Virus record (IMG/VR): IMGVR_UViG_3300005613_000061 | Span: 1-63,788 of that record | Length of the DNA: 63,788 nt | Reading direction: 5' to 3' (one strand) | From: a virus | Lineage: Duplodnaviria; Caudoviricetes | Shown here: one piece after another, positions 63,231 to 63,788 of the stretch | Layout of the letters: every line of letters begins with the position of its first letter | How positions within the stretch are numbered: the stretch's first letter is position 1 | Translations under genes and position numbers: made by a program | Notes under the pieces: generated by a model | Database searches by the model: none | What the model saw: the letters and a program-made list of their open reading frames with translations, nothing else | Told to the model about the DNA's origin: nothing

Positions 63231-63788
63231 ATGAAAGAGCATGATGTAGATGGATTAGATTTCACAGTAGGGGCGCCGAGTGGCGGAGATAGCGGCAAGT
63301 ACGCCAAATTAGATGAGAATGATATTTATGATGCCGTATTACTTAATTGTACACGAGAAATTATTACATTTAACAATGAAGAAAAGCCAGTAATTCGCTA
63401 TAATTTTGAATTGCAGGATGAAGAATATGCATATGAAGAAGATGGACATACGGTTTTACGCGTAGTACAGGGGACATCCTCTCCCACATGTAACCACAAA
63501 TCAAAGTTGTATAAATGGTATTGCGCCATTTTAGGCAAAGAAGAAATAGAAGTGGGAGAAAAAGTATCATTATCCACGTTGTTTGGTATGCCTTGTCGTA
63601 TCAAAATTAAAAATAAGAAAGGCAAGAAGCCAAGAGACGATGGTTCATTTACGTATTTTGCGCAGGTTGATGTAGTAATGTCAGCTAAGAAGAGTAAGGC
63701 AAAGAAGAAAAAAGAAGTTGAAGTAGAGGACGATGAGGTTGAGGAAAAAGTAGCAAAAGTGAAAAAGAGTGCGAAGAAAGCAACTTCG
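63231..63788 (+). CDS. single-stranded DNA-binding-like replication protein, 3'-partial
   Basis: hand-translated MKEHDVDGLDF...KSKLYKW...LFGMPCRIKI..., AAGGAG RBS, charged tail, open to the window edge. Confidence 0.55.
   Translation, partial: MKEHDVDGLDFTVGAPSGGDSGKYAKLDENDIYDAVLLNCTREIITFNNEEKPVIRYNFELQDEEYAYEEDGHTVLRVVQGTSSPTCNHKSKLYKWYCAILGKEEIEVGEKVSLSTLFGMPCRIKIKNKKGKKPRDDGSFTYFAQVDVVMSAKKSKAKKKKEVEVEDDEVEEKVAKVKKSAKKATS

Noticed and set aside
1-63788. Stop-codon reassignment
   Set aside because: Core genes are intact under the standard code, and TAA, TAG and TGA all end genes at sensible positions

Overview
A 63.8-kb, AT-rich, purine-skewed segment of a tailed dsDNA bacteriophage (Caudoviricetes; siphovirus-like because no tail sheath gene is seen). 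Essentially all real genes are on the + strand. Layout: (i) 1-19.7 kb is a mosaic accessory/metabolism region with an ATP-dependent DNA ligase, HslV-like and HEXXH proteases, an initiator-type tRNA-Met(CAT), MazG, a cupin, a phosphoesterase, an exported transglutaminase-like protein, an RNA ligase, a radical SAM enzyme, an adhesin-like exported protein and many small ORFs and gene remnants. (ii) 19.7-55.6 kb is virion morphogenesis: terminase, portal, lectin/fibre genes, MuF-metallopeptidase, protease-scaffold, major capsid, HNH, a six-gene glycan-modification cassette, head-tail connectors, tail tube, chaperones, tape measure and tail tip. (iii) About 0.5 kb of palindrome-rich non-coding DNA follows. 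(iv) The replication module holds a region-2-only sigma-like factor, a primase-helicase, a UDG-like/PolA fusion and a partial SSB-like gene. Most notable: four consecutive head-spike/fibre/lectin-like genes inside the head module all carry classical Sec signal peptides; a glycosyl/pyruvyl/sulfo/methyl-transferase cassette sits between the capsid and neck genes; a 10-bp AGGGTATAAT motif occurs 13 times and pairs plausibly with the truncated sigma factor; a prfB-like +1 frameshift site may join the tail chaperones; and GATC appears to be strongly avoided. All family assignments come from motif recognition by eye, not database searches.
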